A stretch of DNA of 64,000 nt from the NCBI RefSeq assembly GCF_006345805.1, contig NC_043001.1:35216001-35280000 (forward strand), in the 5' to 3' direction. How positions within the stretch are numbered: position 1 is the stretch's first letter; each line of letters starts with the position of its first letter. Shown piece after piece: positions 51,391 through 64,000 of this stretch. The notes below the pieces were generated by a model. It worked only from the letters and a program-made list of their open reading frames with translations. It was not told where the DNA came from and searched no databases. The position numbers were made by a program, and so were the translations under genes. This DNA is from Octopus sinensis. Taxonomy: Eukaryota.

Positions 51391-53505
51391 CACAAGGCCA
51401 AAACAAATAGGAGCAAGATTCCAAGAGACAGGAAGATCATCATGAGACGACGGACGGAGGTTGCAATCGTCTCAACCAACATCCCAAAAGTAGCGAAACG
51501 TCCCGCCTAAAAACAACACTGATGGAGATCGAAAAAAGACTGCAACAATCCTATGTGAGGGAGAAAGCAGACAAAGAAGCCTGGGTTAGAAAAAACATTA
51601 AATCAAACCTAAAGGCCTTCTTTCATTACGCGAAAGAAACAGTCTCAGTGCACTACAAGATAGGACCCCTCCTCCAAAAGGATGGCTCCCTCACAGACAG
51701 TCCAACTAAGAACAGTGAGATGCTAAATGACCAGTTCAAAAGGGTCTTTACTACCCCATTGGAACACAGACAAACGAACGAACCAGTGGACTTCTTTGCC
51801 GCTTCACCTATAACCAGCGAGGCGGTTACAATAGAATGTATTGACATTAGCGAAGATGTCCTACTAGCCATAGATGAAGTGGACACAAACTCAACTGCTT
51901 GTCCAGATGGTTTCCCAGCAATCCTCCTCAAAGCGTGTAAGCATGCTCTGGCAAAACCCCTCAAGATTCTCTTCCAGAGCTTTCTTGCGAATGGCAAACT
52001 GCCAAGCAAGCTGAAGGAGGGAATAATATGCTCAATACATAAAGGGGGAAGTAGAGCAGATGCCAAAAACTATAGGCCTAGCTCTCTGACTTCACACATC
52101 AGCAAAGTCATGGAACGGATAGTCAGAAAGAAACTAATCGCATTCCTTGAGGAAAATAACTTGCTGACCATGGTTTTCGACCAGGTAGGAGCTGCCTGAC
52201 CCAGCTCTTACAACATTATGACTGGGTGTTGAGGCAGTTACTCCACAAATCAAATGTGGACGTAATATACCTTGATTTTGCAAAAGCTTTTCACAAGGTG
52301 GATCATGGTATGATATGCCACAAACTGCGTGACCTCGGCATAGCTGGAAAACTTGGAGTGTGGTTACATGACTTCCTGAAAGATAGGAGTCAGGCAGTAG
52401 TGGTTAATGGAACCGCCTCTATGAACACACAAATAGTGAGCGGTGTTCCACAGGGCACTGTCTTGGGACCACTGCTTTTTATAGTGGCCCTCTCAGATAT
52501 GCCCTCAAATGCCCGGATAGCCACTCTGGCAAGCTATGCAGACGATACGAAAGTCTCGCAGAAAATACAGAACCCCAGCGATGTTGCACACCTGCAGCAG
52601 GAGTTGGACTCAATCTACAGATGGGCTGAGGATAATAATATGCAGTTTAATGCTGAAAAATCCCAGGCCCTGCGCCACCAGCATCCAAAACTGAATATTA
52701 AACTTACAGGATACATCGGTCCACAGGGAGCCTAAGTCTGTGAGGGACCTGGGTATCGACATGAGTGATGATACCTCTTTCCAAGTGCATATTACCAGGA
52801 TGGCGACAAATTGCAGACGACTGGTTGGATGGATCCTAAGAACATTCAGAACCAGAGATAAGGAAACCATGATGGTCCTCTGGCGGACATTCGTCCTCAG
52901 CCACCTGGATTACTGCTCACAGCTATGGTCACCCACCAGTGTAAAATTAACAGCGGACCTTGAAGCAATCCAGAGAAGATTCACAAAGAAGATCCTCTCT
53001 AGGGAACAGCTCAGCTACTGGGAAAGGTTGAAACCGCTAAGAGCCTACTCCCTAGAGAGAAGACGGGAGAGGTATGCAGTAATATATGCCTGGAAGATCC
53101 TGGAAGGAATTGTGTCAAATTTTGGCATTGTAAGCTACACCAATGCTAGAACGGGTCGACACTGCATAGTGCCAAAGATCCCAGCGATGCCATCACGCTT
53201 CAGGACCAGCTTCTGCAACAGCCTGGATTTCAAGGGCCCACAGCTTTTTAATATTCTCCCAAAGAGTCTGGGGAACTTGCACAAAGTAGATGTAGCAGTT
53301 TTTAAATCAAAGCTGGACATCTTCCTGTCGAGAGTCCCAGATGAACCTACCTCACGGCAAGAGGTGCAAATGAGAGTAGCTATGTCAAACTCCATTCTTC
53401 ACCAAGTGCCACATATTAGAGGAGCTTCTTCGTAATAACAGTGTAGCACAAAACGGCGGTGCATCAGCATGGCCGCAGCTCTAAGCTGAAACAAGCAAAA
53501 AAAGA
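51391..53505 (+). mobile_element. 5'-truncated, frameshifted CR1/L2-group LINE ORF2 (reverse transcriptase pseudogene)
   Basis: ORFs 51522-52199, 52226-52735 and 52740-53435 carry KNYRP.SLTS, YLDFAKAF.KVDH, GVPQGTVLGPLLF and YADDTK. 3' UTR ends at about 53505. Confidence 0.95.
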
Positions 53506-53627
53506 AAAATATGTATAGACACACACACATGCACAATCACACACACACAAAGATAAATTGATATATACAACTGAGTGGGCAAACAAAAATATGAGACACT
53601 GCATAGTACTTTTTTATATTTTGATAA

Positions 53628-53934
53628 TCCTGGTACTTATTCTATCAGTTTCTTCTTGTGAAGCCAGTAAGTTTGGGGGATGTAAATAAACGAACACCAG
53701 TCGTGAAGCTGTGATGAAGGAGAAACACAAAGACACACACATAGACTTACATATATTCATACATATACATACAATTGATTTCTTTCAGTTTATGTTTACA
53801 AAATCCACTGACAGGGCTTTTGGTGGTCTGAGGCTACAGCAGAAAACACATGCCAAGTTACCACACAGTGGGACTGAACTGAGGACCATGTGTTTTGGAA
53901 CCAAGTTTGTTATCACACAGCCACACCTGCACCT
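53628..53934 (-). mobile_element. Old family A SINE
   Basis: Diverged head (CAGTGGGACTGAAC, CACACAGCCACACCTGC) and core. Confidence 0.7.
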
Positions 53935-54149
53935 ATGTATATATATGTGTGTGTGGGGGGTATATGTATGCATGTATATATATGTACATATTACATGTAC
54001 ATCTATATATACATCTAAACATACATGTTTACATATACACGTATACATATACAGCTATATATATATATATATATACATGTATATATATACAGCTATATAT
54101 ATATATCCATATACATACGATAGAGAGATGCTTTTGTTTCACTTTTAAC

Positions 54150-54490
54150 ACGTAATACTGAAATAGTGGAGATGTGATATTGCTGTGGGCTCGCCCTAGG
54201 CAAGAAGTTAAGCATTTTTTTTGCCCAAAGGCTGTTAATGCTGATTGCAACACTGCTTCTTATATATTTTGACACAACGATCTCCATTTTGTTCGCCCAA
54301 AGGTGTTGTGATCTTCATTGCCAAGATGTTACTCGTCAACTTGTCCTTATATTTGAGCCATGATCGACCAACACTATCAAGCTGGCTGTACATGAAGACT
54401 TTGGGTATTCTTTTGTCATTCACTCTGACAACATGACCAGCCCAGCACTGTTGTAATAGCATGAGGTAGTTCACGATTCCACCAATTATA
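54150..54490 (-). mobile_element. RTE-clade LINE C-terminal fossil
   Basis: WAGHVVRVNDKRIPKVFMYSQL...KYKDKL matches the RTE RWAGHV.RM...R.PK motif. Confidence 0.75.
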
Positions 54491-54549
54491 TACTTGCTAA
54501 CAAGGTCGCTATTATATATATATGTATGATCAGTCGCCATGATTGATCG

Positions 54550-54705
54550 CTCTAATCCACAATTTTTTTTTTATCCTCTCCCTATTTATTTCCTCGTGTT
54601 CTTTTCTGGTGAAAGACTTTCTCAATTTCCCGAGCGTCAAACTAATACACCTGCTTGCTGTTTATACACCTGTCTTCATCTTTTGTTTTTCTGTAAATTT
54701 CAACT
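54550..54705 (+). mobile_element. Family E tail fragment, HHR segment deleted
   Basis: TTCCCGAGCGTCAAACTAATACA...CCTGTCTTC.TCTTTTGTTTTTCTGTAAATTT. Confidence 0.6.
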
Positions 54706-55874
54706 GCAGAATGATAGACATGTATATCGTCCTTTGCATGAAAACATTCAGTGACGGTTTCCCTGGGTATCAGCATTGTTTACTGTAATTTCCAAGCATA
54801 AAAATAGAGGTGAAAATGCTTATAAGTGCTCATCAAATTCAGTTGACTAAAGTCATTTCACTAAAGTCGGTTGATGATCGTGTTTGAGTAATAGCTTTTA
54901 GTGCTTGACCTAGAATTTATACAGAAACATCAAAATCTGAAAATGCTACATGTCGCGGTTTATTACACAAAATTATAATTAGACTTATTCAGTATGTCTA
55001 CAAAATGAGTCTTATGATCTGTAAACTTGAAGCAAATACGTAGACATGTTTATGTCTCTCTCTCTATATATATATGTGTGTGTGCGCGCGCGCGAATGTG
55101 TGTACATATAAACATACGTATATGTCTGTGAGCGTGTGTGTATATGCGTTGAATAATACTTTAATGCTATAAACTTTTATTCGTTCATTTTGATATAGCA
55201 TTATTAAGTTTGATTAAACACACTAAATACGACCACCGCTGAAATTCTAAACTGAATCCAAGTCTCTAAGCCTATGAATTAATGAAATATATCAGCTATA
55301 TTCCAAGATTTAAATTAGCAGCGTAGAAATTCCCGAGGTAATAATTTTAACTTCTGTAAAATTTCTCTAGAGACACCAAACAAATAATTAGCATCAAGTT
55401 CTCATATTAAATATAATTTTATAATTAATTATATAATTTTATATTCCGCAAAATAATTTCATTCGTGCGTTCATTTTGAAAACATAGTTTTAGTGAGATA
55501 AACCTGGTACTGTTAGTTTCGGTATAAATATTAATAAAATTCGATATTGATAATGTTATTTCTTGTTAATTGAATCTTTTCATTATTAACATTACTATAC
55601 TGGAATTAATTATTCAATTATATGTTGACTACATTTGTATAATTGTAAAATAAATTGGTGAGTTACCTATTTATTTAAAAGTTTTTCAAATCGTCTATTT
55701 AGTATAGGGCATTCCTCATAAGGAGGAAAAAACGCTAGAGTTTGGTTAAGCGTGTGTATGTATATTTATCATGTGTATATTTTGTATATATATATATATA
55801 TATATATAATAGCGACGCACGCACGTACACTTTTGCTCTCATTATAATATATATAATGTATTATATATACATCC

Positions 55875-55915
<41 letters not shown>

Positions 55916-55939
55916 ATATATATTTAATAATATATATAG

Positions 55940-56010
<71 letters not shown>

Positions 56011-56043
56011 GTGTGTGTGTGTGTGAGTATCTATATAAATCGT

Positions 56044-56395
56044 GGCACTCCGTCGGTTACGACGACGAGGTTTCAAGCTGATCCGATGAAAGGAATAGCC
56101 TACTCGTGAAATTAACGTGCAAGTGGCTAAGCACTCCACGGACACGTGTACCCTTAACGTAGTTCTTGGGAAGATTCAGCGTGACACAGAGTGTGACAAG
56201 ACTGGCTCTTTGAAATACAGGTACTATAGAAACAGGAATAAAGAGTGAAAGAAAGTTATGCTGAAAGAGTACAGCAGTGCTTACCACCACACTCTGCCGG
56301 AGCATTGTGGAGCTTTAGGTGTTTTCGTTCAATAAACACTCACATTGCCCGGTCTGGGAATGAAAACTGCATTAACACTGGGCCATTGCGCATCC
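56044..56395 (-). mobile_element. Chimeric SINE: family B head with family C tail
   Basis: 56245-56395 resembles family B. 56044-56230 matches 624-810. Confidence 0.75.
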
Positions 56396-56406
56396 ATTAT
56401 GTGTGT

Positions 56407-56437
<31 letters not shown>

Positions 56438-56513
56438 GTAGGTCCCGTTGATTCGGGTTAACCACAGTAAAATAAGGTACTCAATACATAGTAGAGTAAA
56501 ATTAATTTATTAT

Positions 56514-56632
56514 ATAGAAGGAGCTTCTAACAGGACTAGAACTGTTTTCATCAAGAGAAATCTTCAGAAATCTAATGTTCCTGAAGATTTCTCTTGAATG
56601 AAACAGTTCTAGTCCTGTAGAAGCTCCTTCTA
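56514..56632. repeat. Fold-back palindrome (arms of about 53 bp) containing a type I HHR motif
   Basis: Plus strand TTC-CTGAAGA (56581-56587)-TTTC-TCTT-GAAT-GAAA-CAG..CTG-TA-GAA. The left arm is its reverse complement. Confidence 0.85.
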
Positions 56633-56640
56633 TCTATGAA

Positions 56641-56730
<90 letters not shown>

Positions 56731-56804
56731 CGTATATATAAATGAATAAATACATATATATTTATACATATATACTCAACAAACTCAAAAAGCATACTAA
56801 GGAG

Positions 56805-56904
56805 NNNNNNNNNNNNNNNNNNNNNNNNNNNNNNNNNNNNNNNNNNNNNNNNNNNNNNNNNNNNNNNNNNNNNNNNNNNNNNNNNNNNNNNNNNNNNNNN
56901 NNNN
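56805..56904. other. Assembly gap (100 N)
   Basis: Run of 100 n. Confidence 1.
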
Positions 56905-57009
56905 CGCTTGTAAAAAATTGCTAGTCGTGCCTTCGCATGCGTGCGACTTTTCGATCTAGGCGATGGGCAATACCAGAAGACAAGTTTATACATACATACA
57001 TACGCACGC

Positions 57010-57935
<926 letters not shown>

Positions 57936-57958
57936 TATATATACATACATACATACAT

Positions 57959-57989
<31 letters not shown>

Positions 57990-60282
57990 CACATATACAC
58001 ATACGCACATATATTTGTTGCGTATCTATACTCACAAATGCGTGTGTCCGTGTGCGAGTGTTTGCGCGTGTCTTAGCTTGTATCTATATGTGTGTGAGTA
58101 TGTGTGTGTACGTAATTACTAGAACGTTGGGGATATATATTGATTCAGTATCAATTGTCGACCTATATTAATATGCTTCCCTTCCATTTCATAATTATAT
58201 CTTATACCAGATGACTTTACACATAATTAAATCAGAAAATGTATTACATAGAAATGGAGCATAAAAATATAGCATATTATTGATATATTTGCATAGAAAT
58301 AAACCTGATGTTTGTATGAGAATGTAGCATGTGGTTGAGATTGCAGAAGTTGCTTTACCATTGTTGTTAATTAGTGGACAAATATTGGTTATAAAATAGT
58401 AATGTTGAACTTTGTAAGGGCTGATCTCAGAATTTTGTGATGGACGACTGATTAATATGGTAGAATTTCTTTAATCACAGCCTTTACATTTGTAGATGGA
58501 GTTGCAAGATACAGCAACCTTATCGTTCTAAGATCATAACCGACCTTCTGTAAATTTAGAAAGAGCACATATCGCGTAGCTTTAGATGCACTGTGTTGAG
58601 CAATAATATGGGTTGGCGTATGTAGGTCTACTTTCGCTGTGTGGGCTTAATTTGGACTGACTTGGAGTTAAACACCGACGACGACAGACACGACATCGAC
58701 AACACTAACAGTAACAACAACGATGTGTCTAATATCCAATATTCCGCAGAAATATGATAGAACACTTTCCACTTCACTTACTTCGTTGTATAAATCATTT
58801 GTCTTCGGTTACTGGAATATCGAAAATGAGTAAGGAATATGCTTCACAAGTATACATGATTTAGTATTTTTTTGCGCGATATAAACTTTCAAGTGTCGGA
58901 ATTAACATACTGAAGTCAAAGAAGAACGACATAAGGTAATTTGATCGTACGCAGTACTTGGCTGTCTTTTAAAATTGATGCTAAAAATCAAGACAAAGAA
59001 AACAGGATTTGAAATCCAGTCTCGGAGTGTCTTTGAAACTGCATGGTTTTGAACCGCACAAATCATGCAACCAATTATATTTGTGTGTGGAGGTGTGTTT
59101 ATGTTTCAGAGAGAACATTTGTCTGAAGAAGTGAAAAGTGGTTAACCAAGTTAATAATTGAATCCGTTTTTATCAACCTTCTAAAGTTAAGATATACCTA
59201 AAGTTGAGATATGTCTGTGGGCGCACGCACGTTTGTGTGTTTATATGCGTTATATATGGTTATCTATTTAAGAGGATTGTTTCCAAATTGGATGTTTTCA
59301 GATTAGGTTTTACCTCGCTGAATCCTACAGTTAGGCAAATGGTCATTATACTATAGTTTTAAGTTAACCAAAACCTTTTGAACGAAATCTTATGACAGAA
59401 ATTTTGTAGAATCCCGTCAAAAGAAAAAGATCGTTCAAGTGCTTGGTGAACAGACTTAATATTTTCCCTGAATTAGCTTTACCATCTGACACTCAGGTGA
59501 TTTTAGACGAGTTTATTTGATTATGGGCACCAAGCAAAGTCGAAGGATATCGTCCTTCATTTTTCTCACAAGCCCAAAATGATCTCAAAGTATCATGAAT
59601 GCTGCCGCACCATTTCTGACTAAACAAAAATATTAGATATTACCACTCCTGCTGAGCTGGTAGAGACATTCTACTATAACGGAAAGGTCAACAATCCTAA
59701 CGTCGATCACAGATCAATAAAATATAGGATGCTGGTATTGGCATTGCATATTCTGCCGAGCCAAATGTATGACTACTATTTGTTTTTAGCATGTAAAGAA
59801 GACAGTCAAAAATCAATCGTGTTAAAATTTGAAGCCACATTATATAGACATCAAGCTAAATCCTCCAGTGTATTTCAACATATAACCTACCAATTCTGCT
59901 GATACATACCTCCCAAAGGATTATAATAAAAGAACTGAACCGAGCAAAAACGACCTAATAAATATCTATAATCTATATTTTGATTACTTACACTGTTTTG
60001 CAAATGTCTGTCTGTTGAATGAATAATCCTTGAGAATAACAACATATTCTAAATAATATTTTGCTGTGCGAGTGACAGCGTACAGGTTCAATTACGTTCT
60101 CTTTAAACTGAGGGTACCATCTTTCCCTAAACTATCCGTATCACACGAACATTATCGAAATTCCACGATGCAATAGTCTGCAGGTAAAGTATACTTAATC
60201 GGTCATCTTCACAGAATTTACGGTTCTCTGCATCATCCCCAGAGCTGTATAGTTTGTTTTTACATAGTAGGTTAAGGTACTT

Positions 60283-60550
60283 TCTTCTTTTCTAGTCTCA
60301 GACCGAGAGCTGCGGCCACGCTGGGGCAACGCCATTCTGCTACACTTTCACTAAACTCTCTCTGATATGTGACATTTGGTGAATGAATGAGTTTGATGTT
60401 GCTGCCCTCATCTGCGTTTCTTGCCGCGAAGTAGGTTCATCCGGAACTCTTGACAGGAGAAGGTCCAGTACTTTTTTGAAGACATCTACATCCACCCCAT
60501 GTGGGAGGATATTGAAGAGATGTGGGCCCGTGAAGCTCAAGCTGCTTCAG
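60283..60550 (-). mobile_element. 3' fragment of the same CR1/L2-group LINE
   Basis: FTGPHLFNILP...VPDEPTSRQETQMRAATSNS plus the 3' stem-loop tail. Confidence 0.9.
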
Positions 60551-60681
60551 TTCTGTATCCCGATGGCAGTGTTATTTCTGTTGTTATTTTTTGTACTCTG
60601 CTACACAAAAAAATCACTAACTGACACACTTGAATTGCAATCACAGCACAACAAAAAGAAGAGTGAAGATTTGAAGAGTGA

Positions 60682-60761
<80 letters not shown>

Positions 60762-61320
60762 ACATCAAGGTCTGTTAAACCGGAAGAGTAAACCGAAATA
60801 TACGATTCTGAACTTGATAGCAATTGTTTTATTATATTTGTAATCATCCTTGATAACCTATTATTATGGCTTGTTATTATCGCCGCTAAATCAACACTCG
60901 TGAATAGACAAGGGCTATCAAATATCCAATTGAATATTATAATTATTTTTAACAACCAGTATCAACATGATTCGATGTCATGTAATTATACGCCATTACA
61001 ATCGATTATTATAAATGACTGGTGTCAGCAAAGGTCAAATATAAAGAATTAAATATTACTTCCATATTGATTGTAAATGATAAATAACCGACCAAATCTC
61101 AGACCATGTTGATTGGAACGATCTCTATATCTCGCTGTTGATAGCATTGTAAATCAGTTGGGTTCCAACGTAGATCACGCATAATGAACTATAATTTATC
61201 CCCATATGGTATAGGTTTAACCAAGCGAACTCGGTACAGGTTGATAACAAAGAAATATGTTTTGCTTTAATCTAAATTGAGACTGCGAAACATGAAATGT
61301 GGGCCTAATTGAATCAATTA

Positions 61321-61700
61321 TCTCTCTCTATATAAACGGCAGTTTGTCTGTGCGTGTTTCTGTGTGTCTGTTTTCTCGTACCCTCACTCTGACCACGGCT
61401 TTCAACCGATTCTGATGAAACTTGACCAACACATACCCAATGTCATAATTCAAAACTAACGGAGCGAAAATTTTGAAAAGTTCCCCCAGTTCTGAAAAAA
61501 TCGATAAATTCGACATGGGGTCGAGAATCAAAAAAAGTAAACCACAGACTGTCTAGGGGACGCAACTCAACTTTTTTTACTCTCAAAAAAAATTTACCAT
61601 CATTTTTTTTCCATTTTTTTGCTATTTTTGGCTATAACTCTCTAAAATGCTTTATAGTTATTTCCCTTACAACCTGAGCAACGCCGGGCGATACTGCTAG
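61321..61700 (+). mobile_element. Non-autonomous Helitron
   Basis: A|TC start, CCTGAGC-AAC-GCCGGG hairpin, CTAG|T end. Inverted twin of 43333-43704. Confidence 0.85.
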
Positions 61701-62517
61701 TAGATTAATAAATGTGTATTTATGAATCTAATCACTTTCTGTGTGTAGTGACTATAGAGATAAGTAATGACCAGCACAGATTATTTCACAATAAAAAATC
61801 AAACAGAAAGCGAAGAGCGTGTGGAGTTTAATAGAAATGTAGACGACGACTATATAATCCAGTGGACACAAAAATGTGAACTAAAGAAAGAACTTAACAG
61901 TGCGGAAATAATATCATTGGTGTGGACATATTTATAGCTGACACAGCCATAAAGCCTACAACAGGATTTCATATACATCCATGCATGCGTACATTTAGTC
62001 ACACGCATTTACATGGTTTTATATTCACATGTGTTCACATAGGGACTATAAAACGACACATTAATATATACGAGTTGAAAGCTATAACGATATACTCTCA
62101 GATGCATAAAAATAAATGTATATACTTATACTCATGTTTATGTGTATATATCGACGATATTCTGCGCTTAATATATGTATATATGCATGAGTGGAGATAC
62201 GCTTAGATGCTAAGTCTAAAGATAAAAATATTGAATGATTTTAACTACAAAGAACATATTTATATTTCGAATACATCTTTACTACCACGAAATAATATTA
62301 ATTCAGAATATAAGTTTCCTATCATTTATTTATTTGTAATAGAATAAAAAAAACTGTACGCAAATATTCATAATTAGGATGGAACGCGCAACAAAGCTAG
62401 TTACTTCTTTATTTCTTAGTTTCAAAAACAGCTTAGAACACACAAAACACACAAGCTTATATTATGAAGGTGGTAAGCGATAGGTTTTCAGGTGCAGAAA
62501 TATATATATTTCTCAAG

Positions 62518-62547
<30 letters not shown>

Positions 62548-62551
<4 letters not shown>

Positions 62552-62702
62552 TCAGTAAAATTTAGATTCAGATGAATATGGCACTTAATTTGAAGGCACC
62601 AGAATTTAGTATGATATTATCCATATAATTTAAAATAAGGTGATTATAATAAAAAATATGCAACAAGGATATCCTCTGGGTATCCTTGTTGCTTATTTTT
62701 CA
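62548..62702. mobile_element. (TA)n-embedded insert with terminal hairpin (arms of about 22 bp)
   Basis: AAAAATATGCAACAAGGATA / TATCCTTGTTGCTTATTTTT at 62652-62700. Confidence 0.55.
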
Positions 62703-62763
62703 TGCATATATATATATATATCTATATATATATGTATTTATATATATGTATATGTATGTATAT

Positions 62764-63066
62764 GTGATCAGGTGACCGACCAGACCATCAGATGTTGCTA
62801 CACATCGCTGGTCACAATGCGTTCGCATTGTTTTAGCCATCGAATGACGCCACTCCGCTGGCTAAGCGAGCAGGCCAACAGAAGAAGGAGTGAGAGAAAG
62901 AGTGGTGAAAGAGTACAGCAGGGATCACCACCCCCTGCCGGAGCCTCGTGGAGCTCTTAAGGTGTTTTCGCTCAATAAACACACACAACGCCCGGTCTGG
63001 GAATCGAAACCGCGATCCTACGACCGCGAGTCCGCTGCCCTAACCATTAGGCCATTGCACCTCCAC
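62764..63066 (-). mobile_element. SINE family B, full length
   Basis: Reverse complement of 35805-36094. Confidence 0.9.
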
Positions 63067-63186
63067 ATATGTATATGTGTGTATATGTATATGTATATAT
63101 ATGTATATGTACATATATGTATATGTACATATATGTATATGTACATATATGTATGTACATATATGTATATGTATTATATGTATATG

Positions 63187-63296
<110 letters not shown>

Positions 63297-63297
63297 T

Positions 63298-63520
63298 GGC
63301 AAAACGTTAGCACGCCGGGCGAAATGCGTAGCCGTATTTCGTCTGCGTTACGTCCTGAGTTCAAATTCCGCCGAGGTCCGACTATGCCGTTCACCGTTTC
63401 GGTGTCGATTAAATAAGTACCAGTTACCCACTGGGGTGGATGTAATCGACTTAATCCGTTTGTCTGTCCTTGTTTGTCCCCTCTGTGTTTAGCCCCTTTT
63501 GGGTAGTAAAAAATAATAAA
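63298..63520 (+). mobile_element. SINE family D
   Basis: Matches 18352-18575. Confidence 0.85.
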
Positions 63521-63534
63521 TATATATATATATA

Positions 63535-63572
<38 letters not shown>

Positions 63573-64000
63573 CCTTAGAAACAGATGAGTCTATAAAAAT
63601 TAAAATTAGTGGCAATCCGTTTACGAAATATTTTCAGCAACAACTTAACCAAATTCAACCCAGCATACTTAATATTCATGGGTATAATACAGTGTAGAGG
63701 AAATATTTGGAACTCTTCTTGTTCGGCTCAAGACGCTTCCAGGTAATCCCAAGATACTCATTTTGTTGAAGATATTTGAGTTAAAAGGTTTTGTTAATTG
63801 AGTCTAACTCTATGGCAGTCTCTCACATTTAGAAGCAAATTTGCTCTGTTTACTAAATTTTCAAATTGAAAAAATATATTCTATTACATTTTTGCACCAA
63901 CACAGTTATTTGCATATAGTATATACAGAGACAGATATTAGAAATTTTATACATGCTTTATATTTCTTAAGGACATAATACTTTTCGTTACTATAATTAC

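Overview
AT-rich, microsatellite-saturated animal genomic DNA, intronic or intergenic. The SINE and LINE repertoire and the (TA)n/(CA)n density point to an octopus/coleoid cephalopod genome (inference). I cannot support any intact host protein-coding gene: nearly all long ORFs in the track are translated microsatellites. The window contains about 25 tRNA-derived SINE copies in four families, three CR1/L2-group LINE fragments (two fused head-to-head at about 51390), RTE and Dong/R4 remnants, mariner fossils and MITEs, a piggyBac-type MITE, three non-autonomous Helitrons and a 100-N gap. The main signal is a dense set of short elements inserted in (TA)n that form direct repeats or long fold-back palindromes and carry hammerhead-ribozyme (HHR) motifs, as expected for Penelope-like element termini. 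Two sequence-unrelated families (3317-3389 with a copy at 4102-4174, and 39032-39113) contain the three hammerhead strands in a reversed, non-circularly permuted order. Stems I and III and two extra helices pair in both families with different sequences, suggesting a candidate pseudoknotted 'jumbled' hammerhead. All structures were read by eye and none has been tested by folding software or database search.
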